From the NCBI GenBank assembly GCA_964016885.1, contig OZ024742.1, forward strand, positions 372,434,001-372,498,000: a stretch of DNA of 64,000 nucleotides, in the 5' to 3' direction. The translations under genes and the position numbers were made by a program. Below are positions 32,001-47,300 of the stretch, in pieces. Under the pieces are notes generated by a model. It was not told the origin of the DNA and did no database searches. It worked only from the letters and a program-made list of their open reading frames with translations. This DNA comes from Eledone cirrhosa (taxonomy: Eukaryota). Each line of letters starts with the position of its first letter. Position 1 is the stretch's first letter.

Positions 32001-35000
32001 TTCTATATAAACTGTAAATCTCGTTCTATATAAGCTGTAAATCTCATTCTATAAACTGTAAATCTCTTTCTATATAAACTGTAAATCTCATTCTATATAA
32101 ACTGTATATATCATTCTATAAACTGTAAATCTCATTCTATAAACTGTAAATCTCTTTCTATATAAACTGTAAATCTCATTCTATATAAACTGTAAATCTC
32201 TTTCTATATGAACTGTAAATCTCATTCTATATAAATTGTAAATCTCATTCTATAAACTGTGAATCTCATTCTATATAAACTGTAAATCTCATTCTATATA
32301 AACTGTAAATCTCATTCTATATTAACTGTAAATCTCATTCTATAAACTGTAAATCTCTTTCTATATAAGCTGTAAATCTCATTCTATGTTAACTGTAAAT
32401 CTCATTCTATAAACTGTAAATCTCATTCTATGAACTGTATATCTCTTTCTATATAAACTGTAAATCTCATTCTATATAAACTGTAAATCTCATTCTATAA
32501 ACTGCAAATCTCTTTCTGTATAAACTGTAAATCTCATTCTATATAAACTGTAAATCTCTTTCTGTATAAACTGTAAATTTCATTCTATAAACTGTAAATC
32601 TCTTTCTATATAAACTGTAAATCTCATTCTATAAAAACTGTAAATCTCTTTCTATATAAACTGTAAATCTCATTCTATATAAACTGTAAATCTCTTTCTA
32701 TATGAACTGTAAATCTCTTTCTATATAAACTCTGAATCTCATTCTATATAAGCTGTAAATCTCATTCTATGAACTGTTAATCTCTTTCTATAAAAACTGT
32801 AAATCTCATTCTATATAAACTGTAAATCTCATTCTATAAACTGTAAATCTCTTTCTATATAAACTGTAAATATCATTCTATATAAACTGTAAATCTCTTT
32901 CTATATAAACTGTAAATTTCATTCTATAAACTGTAAATCTCTTTCTATATAAACTGTAAATCTCATTCTATAAACTGTAAATCTCGTTCTATATAAACTG
33001 TAAATCTCTTTCCATATGAACTGTAAATCTCTTTCTATATAAACTCCGAATCTCATTCTATATAAGCTATAAATCTCATTCTATGAACTGTAAATCTCTT
33101 TCTATATAAACTGTAAATCTCATTCTATATAAACTGTGAATCTCTTTCTATATAAACTGTAAATTTCATTCTATAAACTGTAAATCTCTTTCTATATAAA
33201 CTGTAAATCTCATTCTATATAAACTGTAAATCTCTTTCTATATAAACTGTAAATCTCATTCTATATAAACTGTGAATCTCATTCTATAGCTGTAAATCTC
33301 TTTCTATATAAACTGTAAATATCATTCTATATACACTGTAAATCTCTTTCTATATAAACTGTAAATCTCATTCTATATAAACTGTAAATCTCATTCTATA
33401 AACTGTAAATCTCTTTCTATATAAACTGTAAATCTCGTTCTATAAACTGCAAATCTCTTTCTATAAACTGCAAATCTCTTTCTATATAAACTGTAAATCT
33501 CATTCTATATAAACTGTATATATCATTCTATAAACTGTAAATCTCATTCTATAAACTGTAAATCTCTTTCTATATAAACTGTAAATCTCATTCTATATAA
33601 ACTGTAAATCTCTTTCTATATGAACTGTAAATCTCATTATATATAAATTGTAAATCTCATTCTATAAACTATAAATCTCATTCTATGAACTGTATATCTC
33701 TTTCTATATATACTGTAAATCTCATTCTATATAAACTGTAAATCTCATTCTATAAACTGTAAATCTCTTTCTGTATAAACTGTAAATCTCATTCTATATA
33801 AACTGTAAATCTCATTCTATATAAACTGTAAATCTCTTTCTATATAAACTGTAAATCTCATTCTATAAAAACTGTAAATCTCTTTCTATATAAACTGTAA
33901 GTCTCATTCTATATAAACTGTAAATCTCTTTCTATATGAACTGTAAATCTCTTTCTATATAAACTCTGAATCTCATTCTATATAAGCTGTAAATCTCATT
34001 CTATGAACTGTTAATCTCTTTCTATATAAACTGTAAATCTCATTCTATATAAACTGTAAATCTCATTCTATAAACTGTAAATCTCTTTCTATATAAACTG
34101 TAAATATCATTCTATATAAACTGTAAATCTCTTTCTATATAAACTGTAAATTTCATTCTATAAACTGTAAATCTCTTTCTATATAAACTGTAAATCTCAT
34201 TCTATAAACTGTAAATCTCGTTCTATATAAACTGTAAATCTCTTTCCATATGAACTGTAAATCTCTTTCTATATAAACTCTGAATCTCATTCTATATAAG
34301 CTGTAAATCTCATTCTATGAACTGTAAATCTCTTTCTATATAAACTGTAAATCTCATTCTATATAAACTGTGAATCTCTTTCTATATAAACTGTAAATTT
34401 CATTCTATAAACTGTAAATCTCTTTCTATATAAACTGTAAATCTCATTCTATATAAACTGTAAATCTCTTTCTATATAAACTGTAAATCTCATTCTATAT
34501 AAACTGTGAATCTCATTCTATAAACTGTAAATCTCTTTCTATATAAACTGTAAATATCATTCTATATACACTGTAAATCTCTTTCTATATAAACTGTAAA
34601 TCTCATTCTATATAAACTGTAAATCTCATTCTATAAACTGTAAATCTCTTTCTATATAAACTGTAAATCTCGTTCTATATAAGCTGTAAATCTCATTCTA
34701 TAAACTGTAAATCTCTTTCTATATAAACTGTAAATCTCATTCTATATTAACTGTATATATCATTCTATAAACTGTAAATCTCATTCTATAAACTGTAAAT
34801 CTCTTTCTATATAAACTGTAAATCTCATTCTATATAAACTGTAAATCTCTTTCTATATGAACTGTAAATCTCATTATATATAAATTGTAAATCTCATTCT
34901 ATAAACTGTGAATCTCATTCTATATAAACTGTAAATCTCATTCTATATACACTGTAAATCTCTTTCTATATAAACTGTAAATCTCATTCTATATAAACTG

Positions 35001-35080
35001 TTAATCTCATTCTATAAACTGTAAATCTCTTTCTATATAAACTGTAAATCTCATTCTATATAAGCTGTAAATCTCATTCT
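23100..35080. repeat. Tandem duplication of a ~5.9-6.0 kb higher-order block, each copy containing an internal ~1.7-kb repeat
   Basis: Paired markers: TCTAGAAAC 23345/29335 and 25095/31018; ACTGCAAATC 26601/32501; ACTCCGAA 27148/33048; GTAAGTCTC 28022/33901. Confidence 0.88.
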
Positions 35081-38000
35081 ATGAACTGTAAATCTCTTTC
35101 TATATAAACTGTAAATCTCATTCTATATAAACTGTATATATCATTCTATAAACTGTAACTCTCATTCTATAAACTGTAAATCTCGTTCTATATAAACTGT
35201 AAATCTCTTTCCATATGAACTGTAAATCTCTTTCTATATAAACTCTGAATCTCATTCTATGTAAGCTGTAAATCTCATTCTATGATCTGTAAATCTCTTT
35301 CTATATAAACTGTAAATCTCATTCTATATAAACTGTGAATCTCTTTCTATATAAACTGTAAATTTCATTCTATAAACTGTAAATCTCTTTCTATATAAAC
35401 TGTAAATATCATTCTATATACACTGTAAATCTCTTTCTATATAAACTGTAAATCTCATTCTATATAAACTGTAAATCTCATTCTATAAACTGTAAATCTC
35501 TTTCTATATAAACTGTAAATCTCGTTCTATATAAGCTGTAAATCTCATTCTATAAACTGTAAATCTCTTTCTATATAAACTGTAAATCTCATTCTATATA
35601 AACTGTATATATCATTCTATAAACTGTAAATCTCATTCTATAAACTGTAAATCTCTTTCTATATAAACTGTAAATCTCATTCTATATAAACTGTAAATCT
35701 CTTTCTATATAGACTGTAAATCTCATTATAAATAAACTGTAAATCTCATTCTATAAACTGTGAATCTCATTCTATATAAACTGTAAATCTCATTCTATAT
35801 ACACTGTAAATCTCTTTCTATATAAACTGTAAATCTCATTCTATATAAACTGTAAATCTCATTCTATAAACTGTAAATCTCTTTCCATATAAACTGTAAA
35901 TCTCATTCTATATAAGCTGTAAATCTCATTCTATAAACTGTACATCTCTTTCTATATAAACTGTAAATCTCATTCTATATAAACTGTATATATCATTCTA
36001 TAAACTGTAAATCTCATTCTATAAACTGTAAATCTCTTTCTATATAAACTGTAAATCTCATTCTATATAAACTGTAAATCTTATTCTATATTAACTGTAA
36101 ATCTGATTCTATAAACTGTAAATCTCTTTCTATATAAACTGTAAATCTCATTCTATATAAACTGTAAATCCCTTTCTATATAAACTGTAAATCTCATTCT
36201 ATATAAACTGTAAATCTCATTCTATAAACTGTAAATCTCTTTCTATATAAACTCTTAATCTCATTCTATATAAACTGTAAATCTCATTCTATAAACTGTA
36301 AATCTCATTCTATATAAACTGTAAATCTCTTTCTATATAACCTGTAAATCTCTTTCTATATAACCTGTAAATCTCTTTCTATATAAACTGTAAATCTCAT
36401 GCTATAGACTGTAAATCTCATTCTATATGAACTGTAAATCTCTTTCTATATAAACTGTAAATCTCATTCTATATAAACTGTAAATCTCATTCTATATAAT
36501 CTGTAAATCTCATTCGATAAACTGTAAATCTTTTTCTATATGAACTGTAAATCTCATTCTATATAAAATGTAAATCTCATTCTATAAACTGTAAATCTCT
36601 TTCTAAATAAACTCTAAATCTCTTTCTATATAAACTGTAAATCTCATTCTATATAAACTGTAAATCTCTTTCTATATAAACTGTAAATCTCATTCTATAT
36701 AAACTGTAAATCTCATTCTATATAAACTGTAAATCTCATTCTATAAACTGTAAATCTCTTTCCATATAAACTGTAAATCTCATTCTATATAAGCTGTAAA
36801 TCTCATTCTATTAACTGTAAATCTCATTCTATATAAACTGTAAATCTCATTCTATATAAACTGTATATATCATTCTATAAACTGTAAATCTCTTTCTATA
36901 TAAACTGTAAATCTCATTCTATAAACTGTAAATCTCGTTCTATATAAACTGTAAATCTCTTTCCATATGAACTGTAAATCTCTTTCTATATAAACTCTGA
37001 ATCTCATTCTATATAAGCTGTAAATCTCATTCTATGAACTGTAAATCTCTTTCTATATAAACTGTAAATCTCATTCTATATAAACTGTGAATCTCTTTCT
37101 ATATAAACTGTAAATTTCATTCTATAAACTGTAAATCTCTTTCTATATAAACTGTAAATCTCATTCTATATAAACTGTAAATCTCTTTCTATATAAACTG
37201 TAAATCTCATTCTATATAAACTGTGAATCTCATTCTATAAACTGTAAATCTCTTTCTATATAAACTGTAAATATCATTCTATATACACTGTAAATCTCAT
37301 TCTATATAAACTGTAAATCTCTTTCTATATAAACTGTAAATCTCATTCTATATAAACTGTGAATCTCATTCTATAAACTGTAAATCTCTTTCTATATAAA
37401 CTGTAAATATCATTCTATATACACTGTAAATCTCTTTCTATATAAACTGTAAATCTCATTCTATATAAACTGTAAATCTCATTCTATAAACTGTAAATCT
37501 CTTTCTATATAAACTGTAAATCTCGTTCTATATAAGCTGTAAATCTCATTCTATAAACTGTAAATCTCTTTCTATATAAACTGTAAATCTCATTCTATAT
37601 TAACTGTATATATCATTCTATAAACTGTAAATCTCATTCTATAAACTGTAAATCTCTTTCTATATAAACTGTAAATCTCATTCTATATAAACTGTAAATC
37701 TCTTTCTATATGAACTGTAAATCTCATTATATATAAATTGTAAATCTCATTCTATAAACTGTGAATCTCATTCTATATAAACTGTAAATCTCATTCTATA
37801 TACACTGTAAATCTCTTTCTATATAAACTGTAAATCTCATTCTATATAAACTGTTAATCTCATTCTATAAACTGTAAATCTCTTTCTATATAAACTGTAA
37901 ATCTCATTCTATATAAGCTGTAAATCTCATTCTATGAACTGTAAATCTCTTTCTATATAAACTGTAAATCTCATTCTATATAAACTGTATATATCATTCT

Positions 38001-41000
38001 ATAAACTGTAACTCTCATTCTATAAACTGTAAATCTCGTTCTATATAAACTGTAAATATCATTCTATATACACTGTAAATCTCTTTCTATATAAACTGTA
38101 AATCTCATTCTATATAAACTGTAAATCTCATTCTATAAACTGTAAATCTCTTTCTATATAAACTGTAAATCTCGTTCTATATAAGCTGTAAATCTCATTC
38201 TATAAACTGTAAATCTCTTTCTATATAAACTGTAAATCTCATTCTATATTAACTGTATATATCATTCTATAAACTGTAAATCTCATTCTATAAACTGTAA
38301 ATCTCTTTCTATATAAACTGTAAATCTCATTCTATATAAACTGTAAATCTCTTTCTATATGAACTGTAAATCTCATTATATATAAATTGTAAATCTCATT
38401 CTATAAACTGTGAATCTCATTCTATATAAACTGTAAATCTCATTCTATATACACTGTAAATCTCTTTCTATATAAACTGTAAATCTCATTCTATATAAAC
38501 TGTTAATCTCATTCTATAAACTGTAAATCTCTTTCTATATAAACTGTAAATCTCATTCTATATAAGCTGTAAATCTCATTCTATGAACTGTAAATCTCTT
38601 TCTATATAAACTGTAAATCTCATTCTATATAAACTGTATATATCATTCTATAAACTGTAACTCTCATTCTATAAACTGTAAATCTCGTTCTATATAAACT
38701 GTAAATCTCTTTCCATATGAACTGTAAATCTCTTTCTATATAAACTCTGAATCTCATTCTATGTAAGCTGTAAATCTCATTCTATGATCTGTAAATCTCT
38801 TTCTATATAAACTGTAAATCTCATTCTATATAAACTGTGAATCTCTTTCTATATAAACTGTAAATTTCATTCTATAAACTGTAAATCTCTTTCTATATAA
38901 ACTGTAAATATCATTCTATATACACTGTAAATCTCTTTCTATATAAACTGTAAATCTCATTCTATATAAACTGTAAATCTCATTCTATAAACTGTAAATC
39001 TCTTTCTATATAAACTGTAAATCTCGTTCTATATAAGCTGTAAATCTCATTCTATAAACTGTAAATCTCTTTCTATATAAACTGTAAATCTCATTCTATA
39101 TAAACTGTATATATCATTCTATAAACTGTAAATCTCATTCTATAAACTGTAAATCTCTTTCTATATAAACTGTAAATCTCATTCTATATAAACTGTAAAT
39201 CTCTTTCTATATGGACTGTAAATCTCATTATAAATAAACTGTAAATCTCATTCTATAAACTGTGAATCTCATTCTATATAAACTGTAAATCTCATTCTAT
39301 ATACACTGTAAATCTCTTTCTATATAAACTGTAAATCTCATTCTATATAAACTGTAAATCTCATTCTATAAACTGTAAATCTCTTTCCATATAAACTGTA
39401 AATCTCATTCTATATAAGCTGTAAATCTCATTCTATAAACTGTACATCTCTTTCTATATAAACTGTAAATCTCATTCTATATAAACTGTATATATCATTC
39501 TATAAACTGTAAATCTCATTCTATAAACTGTAAATCTCTTTCTATATAAACTGTAAATCTCATTCTATATAAACTGTAAATCTTATTCTATATTAACTGT
39601 AAATCTGATTCTATAAACTGTAAATCTCTTTCTATATAAACTGTAAATCTCATTCTATATAAACTGTAAATCCCTTTCTATATAAACTGTAAATCTCATT
39701 CTATATAAACTGTAAATCTCATTCTATAAACTGTAAATCTCTTTCTATATAAACTCTTAATCTCATTCTATATAAACTGTAAATCTCATTCTATAAACTG
39801 TAAATCTCATTCTATATAAACTGTAAATCTCTTTCTATATAACCTGTAAATCTCTTTCTATATAACCTGTAAATCTCTTTCTATATAAACTGTAAATCTC
39901 ATGCTATAGACTGTAAATCTCATTCTATATGAACTGTAAATCTCTTTCTATATAAACTGTAAATCTCATTCTATATAAACTGTAAATCTCATTCTATATA
40001 ATCTGTAAATCTCATTCGATAAACTGTAAATCTTTTTCTATATGAACTGTAAATCTCATTCTATATAAAATGTAAATCTCATTCTATAAACTGTAAATCT
40101 CTTTCTAAATAAACTCTAAATCTCTTTCTATATAAACTGTAAATTTCATTCTATATAAACTGTAAATCTCTTTCTATATAAACTGTAAATCTCATTCTAT
40201 ATAAACTGTAAATCTCATTCTATATAAACTGTAAATCTCATTCTATAAACTGTAAATCTCTTTCCATATAAACTGTAAATCTCATTCTATATAAGCTGTA
40301 AATCTCATTCTATTAACTGTAAATCTCATTCTATATAAACTGTAAATCTCATTCTATATAAACTGTATATATCATTCTATAAACTGTAAATCTCTTTCTA
40401 TATAAACTGTAAATCTCATTCTATAAACTGTAAATCTCGTTCTATATAAACTGTAAATCTCTTTCCATATGAACTGTAAATCTCTTTCTATATAAACTCT
40501 GAATCTCATTCTATATAAGCTGTAAATCTCATTCTATGAACTGTAAATCTCTTTCTATATAAACTGTAAATCTCATTCTATATAAACTGTGAATCTCTTT
40601 CTATATAAACTGTAAATTTAATTCTATAAACTGTAAATCTCTTTCTATATAAACTGTAAATCTCATTCTATATAAACTGTAAATCTCTTTCTATATAAAC
40701 TGTAAATCTCATTCTATATAAACTGTGAATCTCATTCTATAAACTGTAAATCTCTTTCTATATAAACTGTAAATATCATTCTATATACACTGTAAATCTC
40801 TTTCTATATAAACTGTAAATCTCATTCTATATAAACTGTAAATCTCATTCTATAAACTGTAAATCTCTTTCTATATAAACTGTAAATCTCCTTCTATATA
40901 AGCTGTAAATCTCATTCTATAAACTGTAAATCTCTTTCTATATAAACTGTAAATCTCATTCTATATTAACTGTATATATCATTCTATAAACTGTAAATCT

Positions 41001-41450
41001 CATTCTATAAACTGTAAATCTCTTTCTATATAAACTGTAAATCTCATTCTATATAAACTGTAAATCTCTTTCTATATGAAATGTAAATCTCATTATATAT
41101 AAATTGTAAATCTCATTCTATAAACTGTGAATCTCATTCTATATAAACTGTAAATCTCATTCTATATACACTGTAAATCTCTTTCTATATAAACTGTAAA
41201 TCTCATTCTATATAAACTGTTAATCTCATTCTATAAACTGTAAATCTCTTTCTATATAAACTGTAAATCTCATTCTATATAAGCTGTAAATCTCATTCTA
41301 TGAACTGTAAATCTCTTTCTATATAAACTGTAAATCTCATTCTATATAAACTGTATATATCATTCTATAAACTGTAACTCTCATTCTATAAACTGTAAAT
41401 CTCGTTCTATATAAACTGTAAATCTCTTTCCATATGAACTGTAAATCTCT
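34540..41450. repeat. Duplicated block at offset 3502 bp
   Basis: Paired markers: CTATGTAAGC 35261/38763; CATGCTATAG 36401/39903; TTCGATA 36515/40017. Confidence 0.82.
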
Positions 41451-44390
41451 TTCTATATAAACTCTGAATCTCATTCTATATAAGCTGTAAATCTCATTCT
41501 ATGATCTGTAAATCTCTTTCTATATAAACTGTAAATCTCATTCTATATAAACTGTGAATCTCTTTCTATATAAACTGTAAATTTCATTCTATAAACTGTA
41601 AGTCTCTTTCTATATAAACTGTAAATCTCATTCTATATAAACTGTAAATCTCTTTCTATATAAACTGTAAATATCATTCTATATAAACTGTGAATCTCAT
41701 TCTATAAACTGTAAATCTCTTTCTATATAAACTGTAAATATCATTCTATATACACTGTAAATCTCTTTCTATATAAACTGTAAATCTCATTCTATATAAA
41801 CTGTAAATCTCATTCTATAAACTGTAAATCTCTTTCTATATAAACTGTAAATCTCGTTCTATATAAGCTGTAAATCTCATTCTATAAACTGTAAATCTCT
41901 TTCTATATAAACTGTAAATCTCATTCTATATAAACTGTATATATCATTCTATAAACTGTAAATCTCATTCTATAAACTGTAAATCTCTTTCTATATAAAC
42001 TGTAAATCTCATTCTATATAAACTGTAAATCTCTTTCTATATGAACTGTAAATCTCATTATATATAAACTGTAAATCTCATTCTATAATCTGTGAATCTC
42101 ATTCTATATAAACTGTAAATCTCATTCTATATACACTGTAAATCTCTTTCTATATAAACTGTAAATCTCATTCTATATAAACTGTAAATCTCATTCTATA
42201 AACTGTAAATCTCTTTCTATATAAACTGTAAATCTCGTTCTATATAAGCTGTAAATCTCATTCTATAAACTGTAAATCTCTTTCTATATAAACTGTAAAT
42301 CTCATTCTATATTAACTGTATATATCATTCTATAAACTGTAACTCTCATTCTATAAACTGTAAATCTCGTTCTATATAAACTGTAAATCTCTTTCCATAT
42401 GAACTGTAAATCTCTTTCTATATAAACTCTGAATCTCATTCTATATAAGCTGTAAATCTCATTCTATGAACTGTAAATCTCTTTCTATATAAACTGTAAA
42501 TCTCATTCTATATAAACTGTGAATCTCTTTCTATATAAACTGTAAATTTAATTCTATAAACTGTAAATCTCTTTCTATATAAACTGTAAATCTCATTCTA
42601 TATAAACTGTAAATCTCTTTCTATATAAACTGTAAATCTCATTCTATATAAACTGTGAATCTCATTCTATAAACTGTAAATCTCTTTCTATATAAACTGT
42701 AAATATCATTCTATATACACTGTAAATCTCTTTCTATATAAACTGTAAATCTCATTCTATATAAACTGTAAATCTCATTCTATAAACTGTAAATCTCTTT
42801 CTATATAAACTGTAAATCTCGTTCTATATAAGCTGTAAATCTCATTCTATAAACTGTAAATCTCTTTCTATATAAACTGTAAATCTCATTCTATATTAAC
42901 TGTATATATCATTCTATAAACTGTAAATCTCATTCTATAAACTGTAAATCTCTTTCTATATAAACTGTAAATCTCATTCTATATAAACTGTAAATCTCTT
43001 TCTATATGAAATGTAAATCTCATTATATATAAATTGTAAATCTCATTCTATAAACTGTGAATCTCATTCTATATAAACTGTAAATCTCATTCTATATACA
43101 CTGTAAATCTCTTTCTATATAAACTGTAAATCTCATTCTATATAAACTGTTAATCTCATTCTATAAACTGTAAATCTCTTTCTATATAAACTGTAAATCT
43201 CATTCTATATAAGCTGTAAATCTCATTCTATGAACTGTAAATCTCTTTCTATATAAACTGTAAATCTCATTCTATATAAACTGTATATATCATTCTATAA
43301 ACTGTAACTCTCATTCTATAAACTGTAAATCTCGTTCTATATAAACTGTAAATCTCTTTCCATATGAACTGTAAATCTCTTTCTATATAAACTCTGAATC
43401 TCATTCTATATAAGCTGTAAATCTCATTCTATGATCTGTAAATCTCTTTCTATATAAACTGTAAATCTCATTCTATATAAACTGTGAATCTCTTTCTATA
43501 TAAACTGTAAATTTCATTCTATAAACTGTAAATCTCTTTCTATATAAACTGTAAATCTCATTCTATATAAACTGTAAATCTCTTTCTATATAAACTGTAA
43601 ATATCATTCTATATAAACTGTGAATCTCATTCTATAAACTGTAAATCTCTTTCTATATAAACTGTAAATATCATTCTATATACACTGTAAATCTCTTTCT
43701 ATATAAACTGTAAATCTCATTCTATATAAACTGTAAATCTCATTCTATAAACTGTAAATCTCTTTCTATATAAACTGTAAATCTCGTTCTATATAAGCTG
43801 TAAATCTCATTCTATAAACTGTAAATCTCTTTCTATATAAACTGTAAATCTCATTCTATATAAACTGTATATATCATTCTATAAACTGTAAATCTCATTC
43901 TATAAACTGTAAATCTCTTTCTATATAAACTGTAAATCTCATTCTATATAAACTGTAAATCTCTTTCTATATGAACTGTAAATCTCATTATATATAAACT
44001 GTAAATCTCATTCTATAAACTGTGAATCTCATTCTATATAAACTGTAAATCTCATTCTATATACACTGTAAATCTCTTTCTATATAAACTGTAAATCTCA
44101 TTCTATATAAACTGTAAATCTCATTCTATAAACTGTAAATCTCTTTCTATATAAACTGTAAATCTCGTTCTATATAAGCTGTAAATCTCATTCTATAAAC
44201 TGTAAATCTCTTTCTATATAAACTGTAAATCTCATTCTATATTAACTGTATATATCATTCTATAAACTGTAACTCTCATTCTATAAACTGTAAATCTCGT
44301 TCTATATAAACTGTAAATCTCTTTCCATATGAACTGTAAATCTCTTTCTATATAAACTCTGAATCTCATTCTATATAAGCTGTAAATCTC
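40420..44390. repeat. Tandem duplication, period 1930 bp
   Basis: Paired markers: TGTAAATTTAATT 40611/42541; ATGAAATGT 41078/43008. Confidence 0.82.
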
Positions 44391-47300
44391 ATTCTATGAT
44401 CTGTAAATCTCTTTCTATATAAACTGTAAATCTCATTCTATATAAACTGTGAATCTCTTTCTATATAAACTGTAAATTTCATTCTATAAACTGTAAATCT
44501 CTTTCTATATAAACTGTAAATATCATTCTATATACACTGTAAATCTCTTTCTATATAAACTGTAAATCTCATTCTATATAAACTGTAAATCTCATTCTAT
44601 AAACTGTAAATCTCTTTCTATATAAACTGTAAATCTCGTTCTATATAAGCTGTAAATCTCATTCTATAAACTGTAAATCTCTTTCTATATAAACTGTAAA
44701 TCTCATTCTATATAAACTGTATATATCATTCTATAAACTGTAAATCTCATTCTATAAACTGTAAATCTCTTTCTATATAAACTGTAAATCTCATTCTATA
44801 TAAACTGTAAATCTCTTTCTATATGAACTGTAAATCTCATTATATATAAACTGTAAATCTCATTCTATAAACTGTGAATCTCATTCTATATAAACTGTAA
44901 ATCTCATTCTATATACACTGTAAATCTCTTTCTATATAAACTGTAAATCTCATTCTATATAAACTGTAAATCTCATTCTATAAACTGTAAATCTCTTTCC
45001 ATATAAACTGTAAATCTCATTCTATATAAGCTGTAAATCTCATTCTATAAACTGTACATCTCTTTCTATATAAACTGTAAATCTCATTCTATATAAACTG
45101 TATATATCATTCTATAAACTGTAAATCTCATTCTATAAACTGTAAATCTCTTTCTATATAAACTGTAAATCTCATTCTATATAAACTGTAAATCTTATTC
45201 TATATTAACTGTAAATCTGATTCTATAAACTGTAAATCTCTTTCTATATAAACTGTAAATCTCATTCTATATAAACTGTAAATCCCTTTCTATATAAACT
45301 GTAAATCTCATTCTATATAAACTGTAAATCTCATTCTATAAACTGTAAATCTCTTTCTATATAAACTCTTAATCTCATTCTATATAAACTGTAAATCTCA
45401 TTCTATAAACTGTAAATCTCATTCTATATAAACTGTAAATCTCTTTCTATATAACCTGTAAATCTCTTTCTATATAACCTGTAAATCTCTTTCTATATAA
45501 ACTGTAAATCTCATGCTATAGACTGTAAATCTCATTCTATATGAACTGTAAATCTCTTTCTATATAAACTGTAAATCTCATTCTATATAAACTGTAAATC
45601 TCATTCTATATAATCTGTAAATCTCATTCGATAAACTGTAAATCTTTTTCTATATGAACTGTAAATCTCATTCTATATAAAATGTAAATCTCATTCTATA
45701 AACTGTAAATCTCTTTCTAAATAAACTGTAAATCTCATTCTATATAAACTGTAAATCTCTTTCTATATAAACTGTAAATTTCATTCTATAAACTCTAAAT
45801 CTCTTTCTATATAAACTGTAAATCTCATTCTATATAAACTGTAAATCTCTTTCTATATAAACTGTAAATCTCATTCTATATAAACTGTAAATCTCATTCT
45901 ATATAAACTGTAAATCTCATTCTATAAACTGTAAATCTCTTTCTATATAAACTGTAAATCTCATTCTATATAAGCTGTAAATCTCATTCTATTAACTGTA
46001 AATCTCATTCTATATAAACTGTAAATCTCATTCTATATAAACTGTATATATCATTCTATAAACTGTAAATCTCTTTCTATATAAACTGTAAATCTCATTC
46101 TATAAACTGTAAATCTCGTTCTATATAAACTGTAAATCTCTTTCCATATGAACTGTAAATCTCTTTCTATATAAACTCTGAATCTCATTCTATATAAGCT
46201 GTAAATCTCATTCTATAAACTGTAAATCTCTTTCTATATAAACTGTAAATCTCGTTCTATATAAGCTGTAAATCTCATTCTATAAACTGTAAATCTCTTT
46301 CTATATAAACTGTAAATCTCATTCTATATTAACTGTATATATCATTCTATAAACTGTAACTCTCATTCTATAAACTGTAAATCTCGTTCTATATAAACTG
46401 TAAATCTCTTTCCATATGAACTGTAAATCTCTTTCTATATAAACTCTGAATCTCATTCTATATAAGCTGTAAATCTCATTCTATGATCTGTAAATCTCTT
46501 TCTATATAAACTGTAAATCTCATTCTATATAAACTGTGAATCTCTTTCTATATAAACTGTAAATTTCATTCTATAAACTGTAAATCTCTTTCTATATAAA
46601 CTGTAAATATCATTCTATATACACTGTAAATCTCTTTCTATATAAACTGTAAATCTCATTCTATATAAACTGTAAATCTCATTCTATAAACTGTAAATCT
46701 CTTTCTATATAAACTGTAAATCTCGTTCTATATAAGCTGTAAATCTCATTCTATAAACTGTAAATCTCTTTCTATATAAACTGTAAATCTCATTCTATAT
46801 AAACTGTATATATCATTCTATAAACTGTAAATCTCATTCTATAAACTGTAAATCTCTTTCTATATAAACTGTAAATCTCATTCTATATAAACTGTAAATC
46901 TCTTTCTATATGAACTGTAAATCTCATTATATATAAACTGTAAATCTCATTCTATAAACTGTGAATCTCATTCTATATAAACTGTAAATCTCATTCTATA
47001 TACACTGTAAATCTCTTTCTATATAAACTGTAAATCTCATTCTATATAAACTGTAAATCTCATTCTATAAACTGTAAATCTCTTTCCATATAAACTGTAA
47101 ATCTCATTCTATATAAGCTGTAAATCTCATTCTATAAACTGTACATCTCTTTCTATATAAACTGTAAATCTCATTCTATATAAACTGTATATATCATTCT
47201 ATAAACTGTAAATCTCATTCTATAAACTGTAAATCTCTTTCTATATAAACTGTAAATCTCATTCTATATAAACTGTAAATCTTATTCTATATTAACTGTA

